Below, one piece after another: positions 1 to 7,799 of a DNA stretch of 64,000 nucleotides (position 1 is the stretch's first letter; every line of letters begins with the position of its first letter). Below the pieces are notes generated by a model. It worked only from the letters and a program-made list of their open reading frames with translations, had not been told where the DNA came from and did not search any database. This DNA is from Candidatus Azotimanducaceae bacterium (GTDB lineage: Bacteria; Pseudomonadota; Gammaproteobacteria; Pseudomonadales; Azotimanducaceae), in contig OZ242170.1 of assembly GCA_965205545.1 (NCBI GenBank), positions 1,649,149 to 1,713,148 on the forward strand, given 5' to 3'. Position numbers and translations under genes: made by a program.

Positions 1-636
1 AGATGAGGTGTCTGCGAGCCACTCGCCTTGGTAGCGGGGGAACATGTAGTCGCCCATGTCGTTCATTATCTGAACACCCTTTACGACAGGATAGATTTGC
101 AAGACTTCTTGGACCTTCTGCACAACCGTTGGCCAAGCAGCTCCCCACATGCTGCCGGATGTATCAATCACGAAAATCACATACTCGCTGTCCACAGTGA
201 TTCCACCAATGACATCGTTCTTTCGAACATAATCAATTCCCAAAAGACGTATCATCTCATCGGTTAGGGATTGCTTTGCTCGAGCGAGGTCTGCCTGTTG
301 CTCTTCCTGCTCCTCCGTGATTCTTCTGACTGTATCGTATTTGCTTGTTAGTTCGACAAGCTCCTCTTGCAATTCCAATTGACGCAGCAGCTCTTGCTCA
401 ATGTTGTCCTCAGTCTCGATTTTTGTACGTTCAAGGATTGCCGTTTCTCCGAGAATCTTCTCTATCTCCTCTTGACGCTTGGCTATCTGCGCCGCGAGAT
501 CTTCGAGTGAGATCTCCAATATGGTTGGCAGACTGATCTTGGTGATCATCAGCAACATGATGATTGCACCGAACCCGCAGCATATGACATCCAAGAAGGC
601 AAGGCTAAGCTCATTCCCTTCACGTCGTCGCCTCAT
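1..636 (-). CDS. ExbD/TolR-like membrane anchor + coiled coil + VWA domain protein (paralog of the next gene; C-terminus lies beyond the window edge)
   Basis: Absent from the ORF track because it runs off the window. I translated the minus strand from the ATG at 636-634: MRRRREGNELSLAFLDVICCGFGAIIMLLMITK, then a long E/Q/L-rich heptad-like stretch, then VIFVIDTSGSMWG (DxSxS MIDAS). The ATG overlaps the TGA of the upstream gene (ATGA at 633-636). Confidence 0.75.
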   Translation of the reverse strand, partial: MRRRREGNELSLAFLDVICCGFGAIIMLLMITKISLPTILEISLEDLAAQIAKRQEEIEKILGETAILERTKIETEDNIEQELLRQLELQEELVELTSKYDTVRRITEEQEEQQADLARAKQSLTDEMIRLLGIDYVRKNDVIGGITVDSEYVIFVIDTSGSMWGAAWPTVVQKVQEVLQIYPVVKGVQIMNDMGDYMFPRYQGEWLADTSS

Positions 637-1721
637 GGCCAGTCCTCCGACGGGGCCATGAACGTTCCGGAGGTAATGTGTGCCAAATTCCAATACGACC
701 CCGCCGCGAACGGATCGCCCTCAAGAGGCAACATGATGACGTTGATGGGGATTCCAGCGGGTAGCGACTCGACCGAACGCCTGAACATGGCTAAGCGCTG
801 GCGTCCGTCCACCACCGTGCGCCGGGAAGTTCGGTTTTCCAGGGTGGGGAGACCGTCTGTTATCAGGAAAACGTTGTCAGGAACTGGCTTCATCTCGGAT
901 ATGGTTACGAACAACTGTTGCAAGTTGGTTCCTTCTCTTGGAGGCTTGTTGCGCAATGAGTCAATTGCTTCGTGGACCGCATCCGTATCCGTCGCGGGAT
1001 GCCACTCTCCCAGCCCGACCACAAATTCAGTTTCGTTGTTGTACCTGACTATTTGAAAACTGCTGTCAACCGGAATGTTGGCGACCAACCACTCTGTAGC
1101 GTCTACTGCCTGTTTCCACTTCGGTGCATCCAACTGCCGGGGGACTGGCATGTGCATTCGTCTTCTTATGTTCACAAGCTCTGCATCCAGCATGCTTGCG
1201 GAACTGTCGAGCGCAACCAAAATGTACCGCCCGCCCATGTAAAGCCCCGTCAAGTATTGTCTATCGCCCTCTCCTTCGATGGCAATGACGTCCGGCCCAC
1301 GTTCGGTTTCCTCACGCTCCTTGAGGAGTTCTACTTCCTCCTCTTGAGTTTCTATCTCCGAACGCTCTCTCTCAATCGTCTCGCTTTGGTCGAGTGCGAT
1401 CTTCTCGATTTCTTCGAGCGCTTCTTCTTTTTCCTCCACTTCTTCCTGCAACGAATCAACTCGTTCGCGTGCTTCCGCAATGCGGAGCGCTAATTGTGCG
1501 ACTATTTCACGCAATTCAGCGAGGTCTTGCTCGCCTTCCCGCGCTCGATAATCAAGCAGTCGCGACTCCGCTAATTGATCGCGGTTGATCGTGTCAATTT
1601 CTTCCTCGGTTTGATGATTGATAATCAGAAATATCATCACCACGGCGCCAAATCCGCCCGCCATGACATCCAGAAACGACAACGTAAATACATTGAGTGG
1701 ACGTTTCCGCGATCTAGCCAT
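633..1721 (-). CDS. ExbD/TolR-like membrane anchor + coiled coil + VWA domain protein
   Basis: 362 aa. The N-terminus RKRPLNVFTLSFLDVMAGGFGAVVMIFLII matches the ExbD/TolR pattern (basic residues, then (I/L)N(I/V)..L..DV(M/L) with an Asp in the helix). About 110 aa of E-rich coiled coil follow. The VWA domain has YILVALDSSASM (DxSxS) and FLITDGLPT. Confidence 0.8.
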   Translation of the reverse strand: MARSRKRPLNVFTLSFLDVMAGGFGAVVMIFLIINHQTEEEIDTINRDQLAESRLLDYRAREGEQDLAELREIVAQLALRIAEARERVDSLQEEVEEKEEALEEIEKIALDQSETIERERSEIETQEEEVELLKEREETERGPDVIAIEGEGDRQYLTGLYMGGRYILVALDSSASMLDAELVNIRRRMHMPVPRQLDAPKWKQAVDATEWLVANIPVDSSFQIVRYNNETEFVVGLGEWHPATDTDAVHEAIDSLRNKPPREGTNLQQLFVTISEMKPVPDNVFLITDGLPTLENRTSRRTVVDGRQRLAMFRRSVESLPAGIPINVIMLPLEGDPFAAGSYWNLAHITSGTFMAPSEDWP

Positions 1722-2985
1722 CTTCGCTAACCGCTATAAGCTGATACGCAATGGAGCCTGCCACAATGGAGTCGCCAACTTTGGTTGCAGCCTCTCCGTG
1801 GATACGTTCACCGTTAAGCAACACGGTTGCGTGACTATCGGGAACGACAACGAACCCGCGCGCGTTCTTCTTGATGGTAAAGTCGGTCGTGCCATCGCGT
1901 TGGTTAGTAGCGGCAAATTCACTACCAATTGCATGGGCAATGGATTGCCTCAATACATGAGTGGCATCGGGAAGCGCATGCGCTTCGTGATGAATTTGAG
2001 AGCGTGCCTTGTTTACATGAGGAATTTCAACGTGAAGAGATCTGGCATTCGAGTCACCCTTGGAAGCCCCAATTCTCGAGGCTGCCATTGCTATGTCACT
2101 GACCGTGCAAGGAAAGCACTTGCTGCCCTGGTCGTTGAACGCCTCCACGACTCCTGGCAATGCGGCGGAGTGTTCGGAGAGCAACACTGGGCAACCGTGA
2201 TCTATGAGAGAGGACACTTCTGCCACTCGCGCATTTGCTGCCGCCACTAGCTCGGAGCGCGAAATCTCAGCTTGCCTTGAGTTTCTCTGGTGCTCCACGT
2301 GCACAACATGGATATCTTCGTCCAGCGCCACGAATTCCAACATCTGATCGAAGACCTGCTGTTCGGTTCCAGCAAATTTTCTAGGATCGAAACGAGCAGT
2401 ATCAAGCAGCTTGTCCGCAGCTATCTTTATCCAGGAATTTATCAACGGTAGCAACCCGAACCGCGGAGCAATGCTCGTACCTCCCTTAGATACAACTTTG
2501 CCGACCTGAAGTTGAGTCACAACACTTCGGTGAAGCCCTATTTCTACAAATGCACACTTCTCGCCAACGTCGATGCTGGCTCCTGCTGCGACTCCTCGGT
2601 CGACAAAATCCAAAACATTGAGCTCCGCCTGCACCGCAATGCCGTAAAACAACGCCAACTGACCATTCGACATGTCGCTGGGAACCGCTACCCACAATTG
2701 GTCCTCGCTTGAAAGCCCGCTTTGCTCCTTCATGGCAAGGAGTTGTTGGAAGACTAGGTCGGCCTGGGTCTCAACGGCAAAGCCTGGTGGGTGGACCGCG
2801 CTCTGATCCATTCGCTGCCAGTACTGACTCTGCTCGCGATCCGGATAAAGCTTGATTTGTGCTAGAGCTTCGCTACCAAGGACCAAGGACTTTGGTTCGA
2901 CAAGCGCTATCCCAGGTTCGTCGTATCGGACCTCGCCGTCTTTGCTCAGCCTAATACTGGCATCTGCAACATCAAGAATCCACAT
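1714..2985 (-). CDS. Cytoplasmic actin/Hsp70-fold-like protein with C-terminal FHA-like domain
   Basis: The ORF extends to 3036, but the ATG at 2985-2983 lies 1 nt after the TAG of the MotA-like gene (2989-2987), and MWILDVADAS is a sensible N-terminus. ILDVADAS, VAVPSDMSNGQLALFYGIAVQAELNVLDFVDRGVAA and FVEIGLHRS resemble degenerate Hsp70/actin phosphate-1, connect and phosphate-2 segments. The C-terminus FVVVPDSHATVLLNGERI...VGDSIVAGSIAYQL is FHA-like. No TM segment or signal peptide is present. Confidence 0.6.
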   Translation of the reverse strand: MWILDVADASIRLSKDGEVRYDEPGIALVEPKSLVLGSEALAQIKLYPDREQSQYWQRMDQSAVHPPGFAVETQADLVFQQLLAMKEQSGLSSEDQLWVAVPSDMSNGQLALFYGIAVQAELNVLDFVDRGVAAGASIDVGEKCAFVEIGLHRSVVTQLQVGKVVSKGGTSIAPRFGLLPLINSWIKIAADKLLDTARFDPRKFAGTEQQVFDQMLEFVALDEDIHVVHVEHQRNSRQAEISRSELVAAANARVAEVSSLIDHGCPVLLSEHSAALPGVVEAFNDQGSKCFPCTVSDIAMAASRIGASKGDSNARSLHVEIPHVNKARSQIHHEAHALPDATHVLRQSIAHAIGSEFAATNQRDGTTDFTIKKNARGFVVVPDSHATVLLNGERIHGEAATKVGDSIVAGSIAYQLIAVSEDG

Positions 2986-2986
2986 G

Positions 2987-3784
2987 CTAACGAACCTGCA
3001 AGTGCCTAAGCAAGTTTTCGTCGCACCACGCTTCAACGGCGATTACCGTCTCCTCTTGATAGCGCTGCAGCTGATATACGAAAAACATAATCACAATGCT
3101 GATGACCAAAGCCACAAAGGTCGAATTGAACGCCACGCCAAGACTTTCCGTTACCCCTGCAATGTCGCCTTGAACTGCCTCGTATGCGTGCCCTAGCGCT
3201 TCTCCAATACCGCGAACTGTACCGATGAAGCCAATGGACGGTATGGCCCAGGCAATATAGCGAATCATTGCCAATTCGCTATCCAACCTGTCTGCTTCAG
3301 CCTCGCAAACGGAGCGAACGACTTCAGAAACGTTTTGCACTGCCTGGGTGGACTCAAACCTTTGAAGTGCAGTCAAAACGGTTCGCGATATAAGCAAATC
3401 TTGCGCCTTGGCAGGAAGAGATTGAATGGGTCGCATGTAGCGACGAGCATCCTCCGGCAATACACTGACCCCATCGCCCACCTGCAGGACGTTGCGATCA
3501 AGCAATCGGCGTTCAGCCATGGCCGACATCGCTTTAGTCCCCATGATTGCAAAGGCCCAAAACATCAAAATGAAGCAAGTTTCCTGCTCGTAGTCTCGAA
3601 GCGTTACGAATAGCGACCGCTCAGGCGTGAAGGTCTCGTCGTTTTGAAGACGTTCGGCGCGATCGGCAAGAATTTCGTTAGCGGTTGGGCGAATTACGCT
3701 CGCGTACACCAAATGCACAACTAGTATGGAGATTAGCAACGCAATTAGTTGGGTTAGTAGCGACGATGTAAAGCGTCCTTTCAT
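2987..3784 (-). CDS. MotA/TolQ/ExbB family proton-channel protein
   Basis: 265 aa with an N-terminal TM and the family signature region IAWAIPSIGFIGTVRGIGEALG...GVTESLGVAFNSTFVALVISIVIMFF (compare the IAP.LGLLGTV.G ... AL.TT..GL consensus). Confidence 0.85.
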   Translation of the reverse strand: MKGRFTSSLLTQLIALLISILVVHLVYASVIRPTANEILADRAERLQNDETFTPERSLFVTLRDYEQETCFILMFWAFAIMGTKAMSAMAERRLLDRNVLQVGDGVSVLPEDARRYMRPIQSLPAKAQDLLISRTVLTALQRFESTQAVQNVSEVVRSVCEAEADRLDSELAMIRYIAWAIPSIGFIGTVRGIGEALGHAYEAVQGDIAGVTESLGVAFNSTFVALVISIVIMFFVYQLQRYQEETVIAVEAWCDENLLRHLQVR

Positions 3785-3793
3785 AGTTAATTC

Positions 3794-4189
3794 CTATATA
3801 TCCACTGGAAAAGGCACGGCAATATCTTCAGATATCTCCTCCGTTGGTATAAAGATTTCTGCAATACCGTCCTCGTCGGATCCTTCTTCTTCAGATTGAG
3901 CTGATTCTTCATTTGACGAATCCATTACAGATTGGTTCTCTGCGTCAGTTTGCGCCGGATTAAGCCCCTCAGGTGCTGGCTTAGCGTTAGCATCGTTGTC
4001 CGTTTCCTTATTACCTGAAGAAGAGTCTGCCTCCTCCGAAGACACAGTCTCCTCGGAATTCGACGTCTCCGCTTGATCGGTCTGAGAGAGAACCACCGCT
4101 GAATTCAGCAAGAGGAATACAAGTGGCAGATTCACCAGCGCAAACCTAGAGAGACTGAAACTCTTGCGCTTTCTGCTTCTATTCTGCAT
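3794..4189 (-). CDS. Small secreted acidic low-complexity protein
   Basis: The start is taken at the internal ATG 4189, just after the stop of the upstream gene (4179-4181). It has a signal-like segment FALVNLPLVFLLLNSAVVLSQ, then a D/E/S-rich region, and ends in EIFIPTEEISEDIAVPFPVDI. Confidence 0.6.
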   Translation of the reverse strand: MQNRSRKRKSFSLSRFALVNLPLVFLLLNSAVVLSQTDQAETSNSEETVSSEEADSSSGNKETDNDANAKPAPEGLNPAQTDAENQSVMDSSNEESAQSEEEGSDEDGIAEIFIPTEEISEDIAVPFPVDI

Positions 4190-6230
4190 AGCGAGCAATG
4201 CGGAAACCAACGTCTTGCCTTCCATCTATCCCATAGTCTCGAAACGACAATCTCACATCCGTAATCGTTCCATTCAAATAACTTGAACCACGAATCACGT
4301 GATATTCGCCTTCGTTCGGTCCCAATGCGTTCACAACGGTGTTCGCCTCGGGCACGGTGTAGAAATCATGCATCCATTCGGCGACGTTTCCGCCTATGTC
4401 AAACAAACCCTTAGAGTTTGGTGCAAATGTCCCAACGGGCGCTGTTACTGTGTAGTTGTCGTTGTAATCGAACAGAATTCTGCTGACTACATGCTGTGCG
4501 GCCCGATCAGCATAGTTTCCGTGTCGTGTTGGAGGCGGGAGCTTTTCACCCCAAGGAAAGTGCAACAACTCTGGCTCTCCCTCAACGTGACGCGCCGCCC
4601 AGGACCATTCTGATTCCGATGGTAGGCGGTAGCCGAGCGCACTGGGGTTGAATCCGACAACTTTTGCCCCACGCAATTCGTAAAAGGGCTCTAGGCCTTC
4701 CTTTTCTGAAAGATAATTGCAATACAAGGCTGCTTCCGTCCAAGACACGTTCACAACAGGCTGTTCGTCCTCATTGAGGGATGACCCCTGATAGGTCCCA
4801 GAATCATGTCCCGGTGCAAATTGGCGGAAATGCCCATTGGTAACTTCTTGAATTCCCATGTAGAAAAGTCTGTTCTGGTTCACCGTGCGAAAGACTTCAT
4901 TCGCGCGACGGCCTGGTTGTCTTCGCGAAGCCCCCATGCGAATGGAAGTGGGCTGGAGCAACACAATTTCCTGACCATCCGGGGATGTGCGAACTTGCCG
5001 CAATGCTTCCAATCGGGCTTCCTCCAGCGTCAATAGGCGAACACGCAAATTTTGGGCTAGTCCCGGTTGAATGGTTATGTGGTTGCTGTATCCCGCGTAG
5101 CCTTCCTTGCGTAGTTCCACCGAGTGGTCCACCGCATGTAGAGCAAACGACTCGTTGCTGACGCCAAGTAGATTGCCATCCACCCACACTTCGACACCGT
5201 CTGGTTCCGTCGTTACTATCAACGTCCCCATGACTTTTTCTAGAACGAGATCTAAAGTCTCGTGTGCACCGGGATCGACACTTATGTCGCGATCCAATTG
5301 CTCATACCCAACTAGCAATACGCTCAAGGAGTGCGCCTTCTGCGGCTCGACCGTTGCTGTTAGAGGGGTAACGCCTTTGAACTCTCCGTCGATGCTTACA
5401 CTAGCTCCGGGTGGCTCTGACGTCATTGTCAGTACGCCCCCCTGCAGCTCGAGCTCAACAGGTTCTAGCTGCACGACCTGCCCAGCTTCTACATAGATGA
5501 TGTCCGTCCAATCTGCATAGCCGAATTTCCTAATCGAAATCGTATGCTCTCCGGCAAGAACCTCGACCGGGCCAGGGGTAACAAATCCTGAATCGGCACC
5601 GTCAATGTGTACAGTCGCCCCTTCTGGATCCGTCGGCATAGTGACCATTGCCCAATTTGGGCTCAATTCGACATTGATCGATTGCTCTTGGCTCATGCCC
5701 TGGATCGTTTCCTCAACGGACTTGGATATGTAGCGTGGCGCAGTAAACTCAAACACCGTATTACCTGCTGCAATATCCAATTGCAGTGGAGTCTTGCCAT
5801 TTGGCACACCATTGACAGAAACTGCAGCTCCAACGGGAACTGAAGTGATCATCACGTCGCCTGGCAAGCGGACGAGATTCAACTCGAACACTTGGTCGCC
5901 TTGGGGAGCGACCTCAATAGGTAGTGACAACTCGTGGTAACCGTCAGCTCGAGCAATTACCGTGTATTCGCCCTGACGCATGAGAAAAGTCTCCGGCGTA
6001 CGAATCACAATGCCACCAGAGACGTCTACTTGCGTATCTGCAACGTTCGGCTCAAACCTAACCGCCTTTGCGGTGAACAGAAACCACAGCACGAACCCAG
6101 CAACCACGACAACGAACAGCGTTAACACTTGCAGCCATGGAACTAGCCTGATGCGACGGGGCGGCCGTGGTGGAGTTGGCTTGAATTCCTCGGGACGAAG
6201 AACTGGAGGCGCGTCGGTGTCCATGGGCAA
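4179..6230 (-). CDS. Single-pass membrane protein with about 5 PEGA-like repeats and a C-terminal FGE-sulfatase (SUMF1/GldK-like) domain
   Basis: 683 aa. It has a Pro-rich N-terminus and the TM segment LVPWLQVLTLFVVVVAGFVLWFLFTA. Repeats of the type TSVPVGAAVSVNGVPNGKTPL, TDPEGATVHIDGADSGFVTPG, SEPPGASVSIDGEFKGVTPL and TEPDGVEVWVDGNLLGVS are present. The C-terminus carries the FGE-family hallmarks GLFDIGGNVAEWMHDFY and HVIRGSSY...GFRIAR. Confidence 0.8.
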   Translation of the reverse strand: MPMDTDAPPVLRPEEFKPTPPRPPRRIRLVPWLQVLTLFVVVVAGFVLWFLFTAKAVRFEPNVADTQVDVSGGIVIRTPETFLMRQGEYTVIARADGYHELSLPIEVAPQGDQVFELNLVRLPGDVMITSVPVGAAVSVNGVPNGKTPLQLDIAAGNTVFEFTAPRYISKSVEETIQGMSQEQSINVELSPNWAMVTMPTDPEGATVHIDGADSGFVTPGPVEVLAGEHTISIRKFGYADWTDIIYVEAGQVVQLEPVELELQGGVLTMTSEPPGASVSIDGEFKGVTPLTATVEPQKAHSLSVLLVGYEQLDRDISVDPGAHETLDLVLEKVMGTLIVTTEPDGVEVWVDGNLLGVSNESFALHAVDHSVELRKEGYAGYSNHITIQPGLAQNLRVRLLTLEEARLEALRQVRTSPDGQEIVLLQPTSIRMGASRRQPGRRANEVFRTVNQNRLFYMGIQEVTNGHFRQFAPGHDSGTYQGSSLNEDEQPVVNVSWTEAALYCNYLSEKEGLEPFYELRGAKVVGFNPSALGYRLPSESEWSWAARHVEGEPELLHFPWGEKLPPPTRHGNYADRAAQHVVSRILFDYNDNYTVTAPVGTFAPNSKGLFDIGGNVAEWMHDFYTVPEANTVVNALGPNEGEYHVIRGSSYLNGTITDVRLSFRDYGIDGRQDVGFRIARYAE

Positions 6231-6236
6231 TGCCGA

Positions 6237-7799
6237 CTAAATCTGCTCTTCGCAGACTATGCGGACGGGTTGCATGCCTCGTCCCACGTTGATTGATTTT
6301 CGGACATCCACCCAACCATCCCGGCTACCAACAAGCTGATAGCGACCGGGGCGCAATTGGATTTCGCGTCTTTCAAACAGTCCGAGCTTGCCGCGGGTGC
6401 TCAATGTCACCTCAGTTGCATTGTCCGACACCAAGACAACTGTGAGGTGTTGAGAAGCAAAGTCAATCAAGTTAGCAAACTCGGTCAAAGATCGATCAAA
6501 ATCTGTACTGTGACCACGAAGTTTCTCGGCTCGTTCCAATAACTGAACAGATTTGCTCAGTTCGTCGTCAGCCGACAGTACACCAGGGTCACCGAGCACG
6601 ACATGCATTTGCTCATTGACCGTGAGGATTTCGAACACACGCTCCTTTCCCTTGATCGCGAAGTCCAATTTGGCGTCAATCTCTAGAACCTCGTCGTAGG
6701 TGGCAAGTGCGGCCTCGAGCTCAAGCAGATCCTCCTCTTCTTGGGCACGTGTTCGCAGTTCCTCAATTCGAAGGGCGACTCTTGCCAAAGCGCTCTGCTG
6801 CAATCCGGTTGTCGCAGCCACGTTACCTGGCTGTCTTTGCAACACTTCGTTGAACATCCGATCCGCCTCGTCGAAGTCATCCTGATTGAGCGCTTGGTGT
6901 CCCTGCGAAAGTAGCTCATTTAGCTCCTCTTCAGCCTTTGACTGATTGATTCGCGAACGTCGGTCGTCGACACCGGGCGTTAGAGAATCCAGATCCTCAA
7001 CCTGGGACAGGTACGCAAGCGCATCGTCCCACTGACCTCTCAAGACCGCACGGTCACTTTCGCGTAACAACTCATTGATCTTGGGTAGTCGGGCGACGCG
7101 CTGCAATCCAATTTGTGCTGATTGAACGAGTGGCTTGATGGCAGAAGCGTTTTGAAACGCGACTTGAGCTGCCTCTGTGTCTCGATCGTCCAACGCTGCA
7201 ACTCCCGCTTCCATCCATTCGTCGAACTCGGCGTTTACCGTCTCCAACAGTTGGCCTAATTCTTCTAAGGCGGAATTGAACTTGCTCAGTGCTGCATCGT
7301 ACTCTCCCTGCCCAAACAGTATGTCGCCTTCATTCGCCTTGGCCAAAATCGCGTTATAAAGATCCCTATGCGATTCCGAACCATATTGGTTTCTTTCAAA
7401 CGTATCCTGTAACGCGCTAAATTCCTCGAGATCTGACTCGGCCTGCGCTCGAGCGCGGTCCAACTGGGACTCCAAAAACGGCGCAATGCTTTGGTCGTTA
7501 GCGTTTGTCTCGTTCCGGTCGCTCGGTCGCTCGCTTGTACCGTCCCTTTCGTTGCTACCCGTCCACACCCGCGCTATGTCTTGCTGTTGAATCCACAAGA
7601 ACATGGCGGCAGCACAGACTACGACAAAGATTCCAGCGATAAACTGCTTCTGCCGTGAAGTTACACGAAACTGTGAACGGCGCCGAGTCGGCTCGTTTGA
7701 AGCAAGTTGGGGAACTACCGGTTGTATTTGAACCGGCTTCGCTGCACTATCCGTTGTCTTGGAAGAATTCTTCAGTGACGTTCTCCCCAGACTCATCAA
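6237..7799 (-). CDS. Membrane-anchored TPR/coiled-coil scaffold protein with a C-terminal beta-rich domain
   Basis: 520 aa with the TM segment FIAGIFVVVCAAAMFLWIQ and long helical-repeat regions (GEYDAALSKFNSALEEL, GQWDDALAYLSQV, DDFDEADRMFNEVLQRQPGN). The C-terminus LRPGRYQLVGSRDGWVDVRKSINV is PEGA-like. Its 5' end overlaps the 3' end of the upstream lipoprotein gene by about 50 nt, and there is no alternative in-frame start downstream of that overlap. Confidence 0.7.
   Translation of the reverse strand: MMSLGRTSLKNSSKTTDSAAKPVQIQPVVPQLASNEPTRRRSQFRVTSRQKQFIAGIFVVVCAAAMFLWIQQQDIARVWTGSNERDGTSERPSDRNETNANDQSIAPFLESQLDRARAQAESDLEEFSALQDTFERNQYGSESHRDLYNAILAKANEGDILFGQGEYDAALSKFNSALEELGQLLETVNAEFDEWMEAGVAALDDRDTEAAQVAFQNASAIKPLVQSAQIGLQRVARLPKINELLRESDRAVLRGQWDDALAYLSQVEDLDSLTPGVDDRRSRINQSKAEEELNELLSQGHQALNQDDFDEADRMFNEVLQRQPGNVAATTGLQQSALARVALRIEELRTRAQEEEDLLELEAALATYDEVLEIDAKLDFAIKGKERVFEILTVNEQMHVVLGDPGVLSADDELSKSVQLLERAEKLRGHSTDFDRSLTEFANLIDFASQHLTVVLVSDNATEVTLSTRGKLGLFERREIQLRPGRYQLVGSRDGWVDVRKSINVGRGMQPVRIVCEEQI

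Noticed and set aside
1618-2250. A 210-aa plus-strand ORF, together with other plus-strand ORFs in 1-11600 (for example 972-1493, 5107-5496, 9784-10305 and 10989-11369).
   Set aside because: All are antisense to the tightly packed minus-strand operon whose products carry clear domain signatures. Low-complexity acidic coding on the minus strand generates long open antisense frames.
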